Assembly: GCA_002811645.1 (NCBI GenBank)
Contig: PDIP01000001.1
Location: 268,608-332,607 of the forward strand
From: Corallochytrium limacisporum Hawaii
Taxonomy: Eukaryota > Protista > Pluriformea
Length of the DNA stretch: 64,000 nt
Reading direction: 5' to 3'
The notes beneath the pieces are model-generated. The model was not told the DNA's origin. It saw only the letters and a list, made by a program, of their open reading frames with translations, and ran no database searches. Positions 22,203 to 34,598 of the stretch are shown here, piece by piece. The position numbers were made by a program, and so were the translations under genes. The stretch's first letter is position 1. Each line of letters opens with the position of its first letter.

Positions 22203-24041
22203 ATGGTCACCACACGTCGGGGCGCGGGGGTGCCAATTGAAACTGTGGCGGAGCCTACGAAACCGACAGAAACAGAAGAAATGAAGGACTTCAACAAGAC
22301 GGAAAGGAAATCGAGGAAGGACAAGAAAGAGAAAAAGGAAAGTAAGTCAAAGAAGGACAAGAAGCAAAGGAAGAATAAAAAAGCTTCTTCAGAGAAAGGG
22401 AGCGATCTGTCGAAGGACAAGGACAATATTAGGGATCAATCTGCGCAAGAAATAGCAAGTAACGGCACCAAGAGCCTGTCCGCCCTGCTCGTGCAGAACG
22501 ATGATGACATAGATGAGGGCGTAGCCTCCCTTTTTACCGTTACCAAAGTCGACCCCTTTGCAGTGGTCAAAAAGCGTCAGGCGGATATCGAGAGCAAAAT
22601 CGAAAAAGATCCTCTGGTTCGGTCCGCCCACGCGAAAAAAGAAGCAGTGAAAGAGGCTCGGGACGATGCCGAAAACGAGGATGCAGATGTGGACGTGGTC
22701 GGTGATGCAATTGATGAATTGAAAGCCGCAAAGAAGCCATGGATGGCCCGCTCCGAGGCTTCAGAAAAACGACAGGTTGATCCGAACCGCATTCATCGCA
22801 CTCTGTTTGTCGGTAACGTGGCCCTGAACACGCGCTCGAAGCATTTGATATCGCTATTCGAACGCCAAGGAGAGTGTGGCAAGGTGGAATCGGTGCGATT
22901 CCGATCAATTCCGATTGCTCAACCCAAGATTCCGCGCCTTGTGGCGCTGCAAAGCCGTGAATTTCATGAAAAACGGTCGAGTATGAACGCTTACGTCGTT
23001 TTTATGGAGCAGGAGAGCGTGACGAAAGCGATTGAACTGTTCCAGGGGCATGAGTTTAAGGACAAACACCTCAGGCTTGATTACGCAGCCGGGCACTCGA
23101 ATTCTGATCGCAGTAAATCCGATACCGACGGGTCCGGGCAGTCCAAGTTACCGATTGCTTCAAAGCAGCTTAACCCAAAGTCCGTATTTGTCGGCAATCT
23201 GCCCCTCGACGCTGAAGAGGAGGATTTGCGAACGCTCTTTGCTGAAGCGACAAAGTCCATGGTCCGTGATGCTCGCGTCATCCGTGATCGCAAGCTAGGA
23301 ATTGGGAAGGGCTTTGGATATGTCACTTTTAATGATGCAGTTAGTGTGGCGGCGGCAAGTGCGTTGCATTTGCAGCTCAAGTACAAAGGACGGCCGTTGC
23401 GTGTCTTCCGCGTAAACGCCGAGCTCGCCAATGCAAGCGCTAAGGCTCGCGAATCAGCAGCAAAGAAAGGAAACAAAATCAAAACCACAACTGTGACCAA
23501 GACTTCTGCTCCTGCGGCTGGATCAAAGAATTCAACTGCGACATCAATGATGGACGAAGATGTTCGGGCCGCGAAGAAGGTCATCCGTACCGCGCGACGG
23601 GCAGCACTGAAGGCCGGTAAGACGGAAGCTGAGGCTGCCGCTGCAGCAGAGCAGGCAAAGAAGGAACTCAAGAGTTCACTTAAGAGCGCTACCAAGGCCG
23701 CACTGAAGCGCAAGGCTAGGACCGAAGCAGATGCGAAGCGGCTTACCGCTGAGGCAGTGAAGAGGCGAATCGAACGGCGCATGCATAAGGACCGTTTCAA
23801 CCACCGGGCGGGCGTGACCAAGCCAGGCAAGTCTGGCAAGAAGAAGTCAGGCGGCAGGGCCACGAAGACGCAGCTCGCGTGGGGACAGACGTCCCGGGCA
23901 AGTGGACAACAGCTCAAGAAGGTGGCACGACAGGAAAAGAGGCTCAAAAAGCGCAACTTGGCAACAGTGACGACCACAGCTGCCGGAGAAGGCGGAAAGA
24001 GTAAGAACAAGAAGGCTTCGTCCAAGAAGCACAAGAACTAA
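22203..24041 (+). CDS. RBM34: Nucleolar RNA-binding protein NOP12/RBM34 (two RRMs)
   Basis: RRM1 'RTLFVGNV...VESVRFRSI...NAYVVF...HLRLD', RRM2 'SVFVGNLP...RVIRD...GIGKGFGYVTF', and Lys-rich termini. Confidence 0.9.
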   Translation: MVTTRRGAGVPIETVAEPTKPTETEEMKDFNKTERKSRKDKKEKKESKSKKDKKQRKNKKASSEKGSDLSKDKDNIRDQSAQEIASNGTKSLSALLVQNDDDIDEGVASLFTVTKVDPFAVVKKRQADIESKIEKDPLVRSAHAKKEAVKEARDDAENEDADVDVVGDAIDELKAAKKPWMARSEASEKRQVDPNRIHRTLFVGNVALNTRSKHLISLFERQGECGKVESVRFRSIPIAQPKIPRLVALQSREFHEKRSSMNAYVVFMEQESVTKAIELFQGHEFKDKHLRLDYAAGHSNSDRSKSDTDGSGQSKLPIASKQLNPKSVFVGNLPLDAEEEDLRTLFAEATKSMVRDARVIRDRKLGIGKGFGYVTFNDAVSVAAASALHLQLKYKGRPLRVFRVNAELANASAKARESAAKKGNKIKTTTVTKTSAPAAGSKNSTATSMMDEDVRAAKKVIRTARRAALKAGKTEAEAAAAAEQAKKELKSSLKSATKAALKRKARTEADAKRLTAEAVKRRIERRMHKDRFNHRAGVTKPGKSGKKKSGGRATKTQLAWGQTSRASGQQLKKVARQEKRLKKRNLATVTTTAAGEGGKSKNKKASSKKHKN

Positions 24042-24287
24042 AATTGCCCAGCAATAAATGAAAGTGTTAAGTTCGTCAATCATTTATGCATATCAACACA
24101 GTGGCCCAAAGGCATGGTCTATGGAAAACACATTGATTGGAGAAGCTATCATACTAAGAACGTTTGGCCTTTATGAGATGCATCGACTTTCTGCTTTGCC
24201 GAACATGATTGTGAGCCAAGAGATATTGAACTCAGTCATGCTAAGCACATGAATCCGGCGCAATGGAACAATTTAGGGTTTTGTAAT

Positions 24288-25697
24288 TTACTTGCTCTTC
24301 TTCTTCTTGAAGCTGAACTTCCTGCTCTTGCGTTTCTTCGCGGCTTCCTGGTCAATGCTCTGCAAAACGTTGGTAAATGGTGTTTGGGATGAAGGATTGG
24401 CCAGAGAATCACTGGACGCCAGAGAATCTGTGGAAGCATCAGGATCGTCATTGATAGCACGCTTGTTGACCTTAGAGGTCATACCAGCGTCAGCCATGAC
24501 GGAGCGGATAAAAAACCAGCTGCGAATGGCATAGAGCGCCAGATTCACCATGATTGGATGGTCTGTTCCCAGCACCTTGCACATGACAGTCCAGAGGCCC
24601 ATGACCATGGAGTAAGCGACATACAGCGCAGTGTCAACGATAAACTTACGAAAGGCGACGAAGAATAGGGCCAAGCATGCAATCTGAACGACTTGCATCA
24701 GCCAGTAGAGAGGCCTCTTTGCACGCTCACGCTTGGCGTGGGCACCCTTCACGTCTGCAGAAACGAGGTAGTCGTACACCTTGGAGTTCTTCTTTAAGTA
24801 GTCACAGGTGGCCTTGCAAATATTCTCTCCGTTCGCCATCTGTTTCATAATAGCCATCTGGTCCGTGGCCCGCACGTTCAGGTCCCGAATAAAATTGAAG
24901 GCTTTTGGATTGGTATCCTCCAGACCTGGCCAGAGTACCTTGACGGCGGAGCTGACCTCCTCATGGCCACAGTCACCCGGAGTGCAGCTTTCACGATGTG
25001 GTGGTAAGGACACCCGGCGCAGATTGTATGTCTCAAAGATGGGATGCGGATACCAAGCACCGAAGAAGATGGGCTTCTGTGCGTCGAGTGCTTTCGTCAC
25101 TGTGGCCTCGAGGTCGTTCCAGTCTGCATAGGTCTTAGGCTTAAAGGCCGACGAAAATTGGGTCTTTAGCAGGGCTTCGTTGAATTGCTCACCAGCCCAA
25201 TTGAAGTTATAGCCATGGTAGGTCTTATCGAGAGACTCAGCGATCTCATAGAGATCGTTTGGCGTAACCACTGTCTTACCTGGAAGTAGGTAGCTTGGTA
25301 CGAAGAAGCCTTCATAACCGGAGACACCGAGAGCACCCGCAAATTGTACATCTTCGAGTTCAACGGTGTGCTTGTAAAGCTCATCGGAGGACGTACCCCA
25401 GACCTCCAGAGAAGCGTGCACGTGACCATTGGCCAACTCATCCCAGGCCACAGACTCAGTCGTCTCAACTAGCTCAACCGGTACGCCAAGCTTCTCTTCC
25501 AGCAGAATTTTTGCGACGCCAGCTGTGATCTTGGCACCCTCCCAGCCGGGGACCGAGAGCTTCACGGGGGCTTCGACCTTGTCCACGGGATGGGGAAGAC
25601 ATTGCAAACTCTGAAAGCAACCAACATCCTCAGAACCCGGTGCGGCACTAATTACGACGGCAGCCCCTAACAGAGAAGCCACAACCACATGTATCAT
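24288..25697 (-). CDS. Membrane-anchored glycine betaine/proline-binding (ProX/OpuAC-like) solute-binding protein
   Basis: ATG at 25697 begins a signal peptide (MIHVVVASLLGAAVVISA). Then 'W.....TAGVAKILLEEKLG..VE', 'LANGHVHASLEVW', 'GFFVPSY' and 'KPIFFGAWYPH', followed by hydrophobic helices and a basic tail. Confidence 0.78.
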   Translation of the reverse strand: MIHVVVASLLGAAVVISAAPGSEDVGCFQSLQCLPHPVDKVEAPVKLSVPGWEGAKITAGVAKILLEEKLGVPVELVETTESVAWDELANGHVHASLEVWGTSSDELYKHTVELEDVQFAGALGVSGYEGFFVPSYLLPGKTVVTPNDLYEIAESLDKTYHGYNFNWAGEQFNEALLKTQFSSAFKPKTYADWNDLEATVTKALDAQKPIFFGAWYPHPIFETYNLRRVSLPPHRESCTPGDCGHEEVSSAVKVLWPGLEDTNPKAFNFIRDLNVRATDQMAIMKQMANGENICKATCDYLKKNSKVYDYLVSADVKGAHAKRERAKRPLYWLMQVVQIACLALFFVAFRKFIVDTALYVAYSMVMGLWTVMCKVLGTDHPIMVNLALYAIRSWFFIRSVMADAGMTSKVNKRAINDDPDASTDSLASSDSLANPSSQTPFTNVLQSIDQEAAKKRKSRKFSFKKKKSK

Positions 25698-28600
25698 AGT
25701 GGATGGTGGATATTTAATTAACGACGCAACATAAAAGGAAGAAAGAGGAGGAACCGACAGAGAGGATGAGAGAAGTTTCTCTCGTTTAGTCTTTCCGATG
25801 TTTTCAGCCCTTATAATGAGACTGATGTGTGCCAGCTGGCGAATGCCACAACCATGGTTTCTCAATAACCTTCTCCGTCACGCTGTATAAGTGGCTTACT
25901 CTCTCTCTCTCTCTTTCTAATTGTCTCCAGCTTTCGCGACACCCATCGGACTGAACTACGCACACAAGATCGTTCCGGGACAAGGTGGTGCCCCTTTGCC
26001 TGTGCGCACTCAGTGTACCGTCTGCCACGCAAGTCGCTTCTCACTGCGGTGGTCCCGCCAGGCGCAAGGACCCCACCCTCACTGCAATTTCTAGAGGCCG
26101 CTGACAATGTCCCTCTTGGGGTTCACCACAAAAAAGTGTCTATACAATTAATACCGGTTACCGTCAGTCATTCCCAGACAAGGTTTGTTGAGGGGTTGGC
26201 TGCGCCCCCCCCCTGGCTCTCTCGCTCAATCGCCCGATGCTTGTCCCCTCCCCGGGGACCCCCTCTCTGTGCTGCGGGTGTGAAGAATCAGCCGCAGTGG
26301 ACCTGTCGGTCACGAAGCCACGCAGATCGATGGTGCAGGTGAAAACACTCACGCCCGCGCACACACACACATAGCCAGCCAGACACACGCTTACGCTGTC
26401 CACCAAACCTCTCTACGAAACCAATCAACCAGCCAAACATCCGTCCGGGATATTTTTCATTCTTCGTGTTTCCTGCCCCGGAGGCGGAAGCAAATCACCA
26501 ACCTCACAAAGAAAAAGTCAAACGGTGCTCTCGTTTACCCGCCAACGCTGCGATCAACCGGCCACCTGGCCCGGGGCGAAATAACTTCTTGTCTAGAGGC
26601 GTGCCACCAAATTACACACAGTTTTTCCTTGCCGCGGCATCTCGTAGAACGGTGGCGGAGCATTGCACACAGAATCTCAACGATCGCCATGCCATGGTTC
26701 CTACCCCACAGACCCGGCAATTTAATAATAGGTGTACTATTATTTGAATCAGCTTTCTACAACTTCCACTGAAAAATCAGGCCGTCATGCAGTTCTGCAA
26801 ACAGAGACGTCCCAGCATTGGTTACTTCCTGTGCGCAATGTCCGTACTCAATGTATTGCAGCCTGTCCAACTGCCGCTCAAGTTTCGCCCCAATCCTGAG
26901 CGACGGCACTGTCGAAGGGTCCGTGCGTGTTTGCAGCACAGAGGCGCCAATTTCTCTTGAACGGGGCCGGTCGAGAGGAGTGGCAAGGAAGAAAATACAG
27001 TCCAATTCACCCTCTCTCCAAAACTCCCTCTTCGCCCCTCTTTTCCTCCTCCCCAAGTGTTTCTCCTGGGTACTGAATGGATGGGAGAAGCAAAAGCGCT
27101 CCAACCCGCCCAGAGCCAGATGATCCGGAGAGCACCATGATTTGTTCATACGGAACTGGCAATGGTGCCGTTCAGCAGGACAGTCGCCCAGTTGAAATTC
27201 CAATTCCAACCGCATTGCGCTCCCCAAAGTAGGAGAGAACTGGTAGGGCTGAGAAAGTTTGTGGGACACCGGATGAGATGGGAAATAGTTTAAAGGTCGA
27301 TTTCTCGTGATCTCGTGGACGAAGCCCATTCAGTGTTCACGCCCAGACTAATGCAAACGAGCCAAGGTTGTGTGACATGAACATCGTTATTAATATCTCG
27401 AGCTCCACGAAAACGAGCTGGCAGGCATCCTCAATCATCAAGAACATCGAAACTTCGACCAGGCAGAAGGGTCATGACGCATGTCTTATCGTCTGCATTG
27501 TTGGTAGCTACGTCATGTGTCCCTGTTATCAAAGGGCCTATCCATTGACCTAGTTCTAGGTGAGATGACCGCATACGATCCACTTACATACAAATAGCAG
27601 TCTTGGTCGTCTCCGGATTTCCCAATTTCCTCTCAGTATACGTATTATCATAGATCATGCCTCCTCTTCAGCTTCTATAGTCTTACGCCCTCATGGCGTA
27701 TCAACCATAAATCAATCCTCTGGGATGATGACTCGATTGATCTTATGCGCTGCTGTGCTCCATTGGGATAGCCAACCCGTTACCAGGAGTAAAGGTCCTA
27801 TCGTAGAGATCAAGGACATGATCCGTGAACGATTCATAACCAGGAACAGCCGCTTCTCAAATGCCTAGGGTACATGAACATCTATTTAATGTCAAGATGC
27901 AAGCTATCGGAACTGTCGTGAATCCCGTCCCCGTAGTGTTCAAATTACATCAAGTCGATTCACCATGCCCTTTATTGGAGTCCGCTGAGCGGCATAGGAT
28001 CGATAGGCCGAGAATTGTGCTTCAACTTATTCGACAATAATGACGGGGTCCATGTGAATCATGTGGATCACAAACTCACCCTAATCGCTATCCGACCTAC
28101 AGCTATCAGACATTGCTCTGCTGACTAAGGTTCGATGTGCTTCATTGATAATCAGTCGGCCATCGACAGAACATAAATTATGCCCAAGAATAATCCTAAG
28201 CCCTGTCCTACTAAAGGCATGCACGCAAGCGCAACGAGAAGAAAAAAAACCACAACCAAAACGTGCCTCTGACTGTGAGCGATTGGACCAGCTGATTGTT
28301 CCCCGCTGGGAAACTAATTACTTGCATAGAGTGTGTGAGGCCAACCTTATGTCGCCACTTGTGCGAAGCGAGATTTGGATTCCTAGAATTATCAGTGTGA
28401 ACTCCCGGTGAAGTCTTGTACACATTGAGTTTCTGTCTTCCGATTCAAACATGAACTGAAGAAGGCTCACCGAGAGAGGACTTTATCGCTCTTAGTGTGT
28501 ACCGTCCATGGCTGCCACTACTGTCCATGGCTGCGGTTGTCATTGTTTCCTTGCCACCCTTCCATTGACCCTACCCACCCCAAGATTCCCAAGATTTGAA

Positions 28601-29023
28601 TTGACTTATTCGGTAACGTGAATGCGTAGTACAATAGTCCCTTTTTAGGACGGCAGTGAAAATGGATGGGAGAGGGCAATGTGGGTTATGGCTACTGCTG
28701 CAGTATCAAAAGAGAGTAGGGCAGTAGTAGCTCGCATCAGGTTTTTGAATTTCATATCGTTTACTTCAGATTGCTTGGGCTTATCAACAGTCTGTTGTTA
28801 AATACCCTATCCTTTCGGACAATATCAACTGGATGATAGCATTGAATGACTCCCCTATGAACAAGCTTAGGAGGTTGAAGGAGAGCTTACTAGAGTCAGT
28901 CATATGCGCACCTCTCGCAAATGAACAGGTATTTAGGGGACATCATATCCAAGAAGACAAAGATAGAACCCAGAACTCACAGCATAGATCAAAAATTCTT
29001 GCTACTTTGCCACAACATTAAGC

Positions 29024-29533
29024 ATGGTCGCTGCTGCAGTTGACAACGGATTCCTTGCACTCTTTGGAGCCAATCCCGCTCTCAGTGTGGACAATGATTT
29101 TCACTTCGGGCCTATCAACCAGTACTACTGTGGTAATACCGCGACAGCCGTTGACATCGGAGTGTTCTGCCAGAGCTGGTACATCGAAGACGGGACAAAT
29201 CAAGTGACCTTTGCCTACCCGGCCGCCATTACCGGCAGCTTTAAAAGCGGCGAAGACGTCTGGCACCTGACACCCAGGCAGACTCCTGACCAAAACGGTT
29301 GGATTAGTTGGGCCCAGAGTGTCCCTGTTGGTAAAGACAATACCTTTACGCTGGAAGTTGGGTTCGAGGGTGACAATGAGCGTCTGCTGGCGAAGCGAGC
29401 AAGCTTCCTTGAACCCCACCTTACCACGCCCATCCTATCGGCTCAAGCCGAGTATTTCTGGCTGCAATCAGTTGAGGATCCCGTGACAGACAACAAACTG
29501 TCCTGCACAGTTATTGCCATCCCCTATTGCTAA
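29024..29533 (+). CDS. Hypothetical protein, 169 aa, predicted beta-rich
   Basis: ATG-initiated ORF with protein-like composition, convergent with ASH2L. No family recognised. Confidence 0.5.
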   Translation: MVAAAVDNGFLALFGANPALSVDNDFHFGPINQYYCGNTATAVDIGVFCQSWYIEDGTNQVTFAYPAAITGSFKSGEDVWHLTPRQTPDQNGWISWAQSVPVGKDNTFTLEVGFEGDNERLLAKRASFLEPHLTTPILSAQAEYFWLQSVEDPVTDNKLSCTVIAIPYC

Positions 29534-30012
29534 AGGCCATACATGTTCTCAGTCAGCATGCACTGTGGGCACAGATCTGCACTGCCACAAAGCGTTTCAT
29601 CCGGGGTACACGAATATCAAACTTAGGTGTCTGAAATCAGGCCGTTCAAAGCAAACCCAATAGACTCTTCCCATATGTACAACCGAGACTGTTGATTCAC
29701 GCATAAGAAAATCGGAAATTACAACAGCCGCAGTGGTAGACTGGATTCCCCCAAATCAACGTCGGTCACGACCGAACATTGCCTTGTGCTATGGCCGCTG
29801 AACCAACAAACCCTGTGGAGTTAGGAAACTTCTATTGACATGCCGTGAATCTTCACGAGGTTTCTTCATCGGTGTCCACCCACCATGTTCTTGATTTAAT
29901 GTCTGATCGTGGTCAGGTCAAAATGTGTTTCAATTTTACAGATAGGACTTTATATGCAATGTCAGTAGAAGTATCTAACTGAAAACTGCCTTACAGTAAT
30001 TTGCGGATACCG

Positions 30013-31122
30013 CTATACCCACTCTCCATCCACCAGCGTGATGATGTCATCCAGGCACAGCTCTATACAGTGCTCATACTGGCGGTCAGCCATGGGTTGC
30101 CATGTGCTACCGGGACCTACTGAGCTCCGATCGGTGATCTGCGCAATGAGTTCGTCAGGGTTGGAATCAAAGGCTGGCCCAAAATTTGCGGCGACTTGGG
30201 CTCCACCATAGAGTGAAGCCGTTGGGAAGAGTAGGACACCGTCGGGTATAAGCATATCCCGGGGAAGGCAGCCCATGTAGTCACCGTTGCGAAACAGGTA
30301 AACGTTTCCGATTCGGCCATCTCCTGTAGAACAGGTTGGTGGTGATGATGAGGGACGGTTTTTGAGCAATGTCGAGGATAACTGCATGACACAGTGATAA
30401 GAGTCTTCTCGGCTCTGCCCGTGCTCACTGGGCCGCTGCAGGATGAGTCCATGCCGGTGCAGGAGCAGTTCCGCCGTCGGGCACTCTAAACTCCTCAAAT
30501 TTCCAAGTTCCTTTCTGCCAAAATCGATGAAGAAGCCAATGGTGTCCCCATCGCCGAAACTGGCGCTTTGGTCGGCGGTGGCCTTCCCTCGATCGGAAAT
30601 AGGGTATGCAATCTTCCGTCTGTGCATTACACAGCCGTCCTTACTCCGCCAAGCCCAGCCCTCCGCATCAAACCCAACTGGTGCCAGAGAATCGCCCCAC
30701 AGTGTACTCACGCCTAGACGCCAAGCAGGTGGATCATTGTGTGATTTCTGCGCGGGATCGCGGTTTCTATATGGATCTGTGACAGAGCACTTGAGCTCAA
30801 AGTACCAGCGCCCGTTCGTGACTCCATGTGTCGACCGTACACTTGCGTACCCATGCAGGGAATGCGCTGTTAATAGATCTTGGCTTAAGATACAATGTCT
30901 TGACCTGTCAGACTGTGACCACGTGATGCGTTCCATCAGTCGTGGTCGCCAGCGAGGTGCCTCACGGGCATGGGGACAACGTTCGTGCAGGAACAAGCGG
31001 GACTCAATCCCATCGTGTACAAGTGCGAGCTCGTCCCTTTCATCAGTGTCTCTATCCTCAGCTACTTCGACGTTTCGCCTAGTCGCCCTCCTTTTCTTGA
31101 AGGAGCGCAGATCATCGTCCAT
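30013..31122 (-). CDS. ASH2L: COMPASS subunit ASH2L/Bre2 (SPRY domain)
   Basis: 'SDRS....LSQD.LT....GYASVRSTHGVTNGRWYFE', 'RLG......LAPVGFD...WAWRS', 'FGDGDTIGF', 'FPTASLY....V..NFGP', and a C-terminal DPY30-binding-like helix 'IELCLDDIITLV'. Confidence 0.85.
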   Translation of the reverse strand: MDDDLRSFKKRRATRRNVEVAEDRDTDERDELALVHDGIESRLFLHERCPHAREAPRWRPRLMERITWSQSDRSRHCILSQDLLTAHSLHGYASVRSTHGVTNGRWYFELKCSVTDPYRNRDPAQKSHNDPPAWRLGVSTLWGDSLAPVGFDAEGWAWRSKDGCVMHRRKIAYPISDRGKATADQSASFGDGDTIGFFIDFGRKELGNLRSLECPTAELLLHRHGLILQRPSEHGQSREDSYHCVMQLSSTLLKNRPSSSPPTCSTGDGRIGNVYLFRNGDYMGCLPRDMLIPDGVLLFPTASLYGGAQVAANFGPAFDSNPDELIAQITDRSSVGPGSTWQPMADRQYEHCIELCLDDIITLVDGEWV

Positions 31123-34100
31123 GACAGTTTCGTATTCCCAAGAGGAATAACTTGAAACTGTTCACGTTTCTTCTGAACTCTGCGGACACAACATTAGTAT
31201 CCATTCCTTGCAACACTCACAAGATAGTTGTGCCACAGATCTTCTGATCCTTTTCATCAACGGTAGCCATTATTACCTGAGCAGCGTGTTATTGCATTCA
31301 ATGCTGCACAGCTTACTCGGTCTCCAATTGTGAGCACCAGCGCCATACTCCCCCACCCCCCCCGGCGCCATATCGGGCACGTCGTCAATCTCTGGATCGT
31401 TGTCCTGATTCAAGAATATATTCTATTGGCATTACCAAACTCGTGAGTCGCCGGTCCGACACTGGAGGAACTGCAACGTCTCCATTTCCCTATTGAAAGT
31501 ATTGCAGAGAGTGGGAGGCAGGTGTGCGCGTACCCAGAGGGGGGAAGAAAAAACTTTTTACTGTGTGGCCTACCCTTCCGCTCCTGCAGTGGGCACACTG
31601 AACCTTCGCCACCGCTCCGAAAGTGTTCCATCCAACGTACCGAAATATCCTCTCTGTTGGTTGCCTTGACTGACTCGGCGTGCAAGACCCTTGGGCCTGA
31701 ATGCTACCCCGCAGTTATGGAGAGAGCCTTGTAAATGGATCCCTATCGCAGACTCCACTTCTCTCAACTGCACACTGCACATGTCTGTAATTGGATTGGT
31801 GAGCGAAGAGACAATCAATCAATGGGATGAAACCGCTTTTTTATTTTTTTTTTCGGCAGGAATCGGACCGGTCTACTCCCTGCCGGAATATAAATATGGC
31901 CTGCATCACATGCATTCATGATGAAAAGTATGAGGACTATGGTAAGCCAATTGCAGGGTAATAGTTTGATGATCAAATGCAAGATCAAAAAGATTAAAAC
32001 AACAATGCACGCGTAGTCCATTGTCTTCGCTCACCACCTAATGCAACGGGCCTGGTGCTTCTTCCTGTGAACTCGGAAGCGTAATTCCGGACAACAAGAA
32101 AACACTCTTTATCAAAGGAAGACTAACGCCCCCGGCGCGGTGCGAGTTAGTACACTTTAATATTCAAATACGGTGAAGTACAAAACTGGATGTTTACTCG
32201 GCGTTGGTAAGATAAGGGCAATCGATGTCGGAATCCACCGAAAGAAGAAACGAAAACGTGCTTCTGCGTGCGAGCCTTGCGTTTACAAACCACTGATTGT
32301 GGCACGCTCAGCTTCAGATATATAGCTACTAGAGTCTCTCTAGACGGGAATAGCACCTATACGAAGCAGGCACTACAGGCTAGCGCACAAACTAGAACAA
32401 GTACCAGACAGAGAACCCCTCGACTTTGTGGACAAAAAGAAACGACAGGTACCCTAGGTGCTCAAATTTTGTGACTACTATCAACTGCACATAGCTTATC
32501 CGGGGATGCAATTTTGGCAGACTTAAGATATCCACCTGGCTGCGTACTTTGCGAACAGCTTTGCCTGCTAAGTGTATGTAATTCCACGCAATTCATGGAC
32601 AGCTCTAAGACGACGACCAAACCACGAAGAGAAATACTACAGACCACTTTCAAATTTCACTCTCTCTCCTCGAACGCGTGGCTGAGCTTGGTTTTGATAA
32701 CTGTAAACCGGGGCCGAGGACATGGTCCAGACATGCTATTCGCGGACCCTTGGTGTGTCACAAACGTGAGCGGCAGACAAGTGTCTTGATGGCAGACACA
32801 GGCACATCCCCTTCGCACTCTCCCCTTCGCAGTCGCACAACCTTTGCGTAAGGATTGACTTTTCATTGTGAATGAACTGGACCAGATGCTCCAGAAATGG
32901 AGGGATATTTTCTTCCTCTGTTTGGGAGAGACAGTTCCCAAGACCGGAAACAAAATTTCCCTAATGGAGTGACAATTGCGCCTGACGAGACTCTGCTGGT
33001 AGTGGACCGAACACAACCGTGACACTTCTCTTGGGGAGAGGGGGGGTCGGGGGGCATTTTGAAAGGATTTCCCGCACACATCTTCGTGATCACTCATCGC
33101 TGTTCAAAGTAATATGTAAAATGGGCACACCTTTCCATTACTTCGCCATGTCCTATCCATTCGGTGGCTCTTCCACCGCACCTTCTATACGTGCAATCTT
33201 CGCGTAGCATCTCTGAAACCCCTAATCATAAATCCACGACGAAAGTGATGTTACCACTACACTTGCCTGCAGATCCTAAATACATGTTCACTCGCTCCCT
33301 TCCCTGTAACCCCTGGGACTAGATATCTCCCTACAGTCGCAATCGACTTATCATGGACAACGGAAAAGAGTCCGTCTGACATGACATGATGTGCGTATGG
33401 GCTTCAGACATCCGAGTTCGCTTACTCAAAGAACTGAACCTGCCCATCTATACGAGATGGCCCGGGAGTTAACCCTGCTGGAAATTATGGGAGGAGAGAA
33501 AAGCGTCCGGCCAAAACACAGGAATATATCCCATACTGCCAAAGGGGAACTCGGAATTGCGGTCCAGAGGAAACAAAGTGTTTGCTGTGAGAGTGTGTGT
33601 ATACTCGTGCGTCCATCACGGGACATCATCGCCCTGGCAGACTTCCGCACTGAAACTATTGCTGACGAGTCACAGAGAACCCGTGCTGTTGGGAAGTTCA
33701 GTACTAAATGACTGACATTATTCGGTCTCTCTTCTGAACACTGTCCTAAAGATCATGGGGCTCTCTCACCCAATGTCAGAACACTGGGGACGGGAGGATT
33801 TGGGCGAAAAAAAAAAACTTTCTTCCCCGAGTCCTTCCTACCGTTGGCTCTCAGTGCGAACACCGCACAACTTCCCCCTTGTTCATTTCGCGGACCCACA
33901 CGACGCAGTCTCTGAGGACTGGTAGTGCAAAATTGCTGTTCGAAAGCCGGCTCCGTCGTCTTCCAGTAGTTTGACAAGTGAAAAGAGGGACCTTCTCCGG
34001 CAGCCCCAGCGTGTTTCATAGCGCAAAACATTGCAGCTAGGCACAGACCAATACGTTGAAACCACTAAAGCCGAAGGAGGGGCCCATCCCCTGGGGGCGG

Positions 34101-34598
34101 GTGGAGATTGGCTCTGAATGTATTGCCTTTGGGGAAGACTGCACAGGACCAGTCCGCTTCCATTTCACTTGTTTCCCGTCCGGTACCACAAAAAGGTCTT
34201 GGCCACATTTAGCGCGAGGGAAGGGGGGGTGGACCACACGGAGCCCCAGCCCTCCCACACTACCCGTACTGTACAGGAGAGTAAGGAGGCGGGACACCCC
34301 CGAGGAGAAATTTCAGGAACGAACTATTTGGTCTTGGATGTGTGTGTGTGTGTTTTTTGGTTTTAGGGTTCTTGGTTTTCCAATTTATTAGTGACAACGG
34401 TTTTTGTCAATTTCCAGGAAAATGAACTTTTAAAAGATATATTCGCGTATTGAGGCTACACTTAGAATATGACAGAAAGGTACTTCCGATCAGACAAAAA
34501 CAAATTCCCGAAATATGGGAAACGAGAGCACAGCGATCACAAAAACCACGGACACCTTGTAAGGGATACAAGTGAGCCCACAAACAGATACAGTCATC

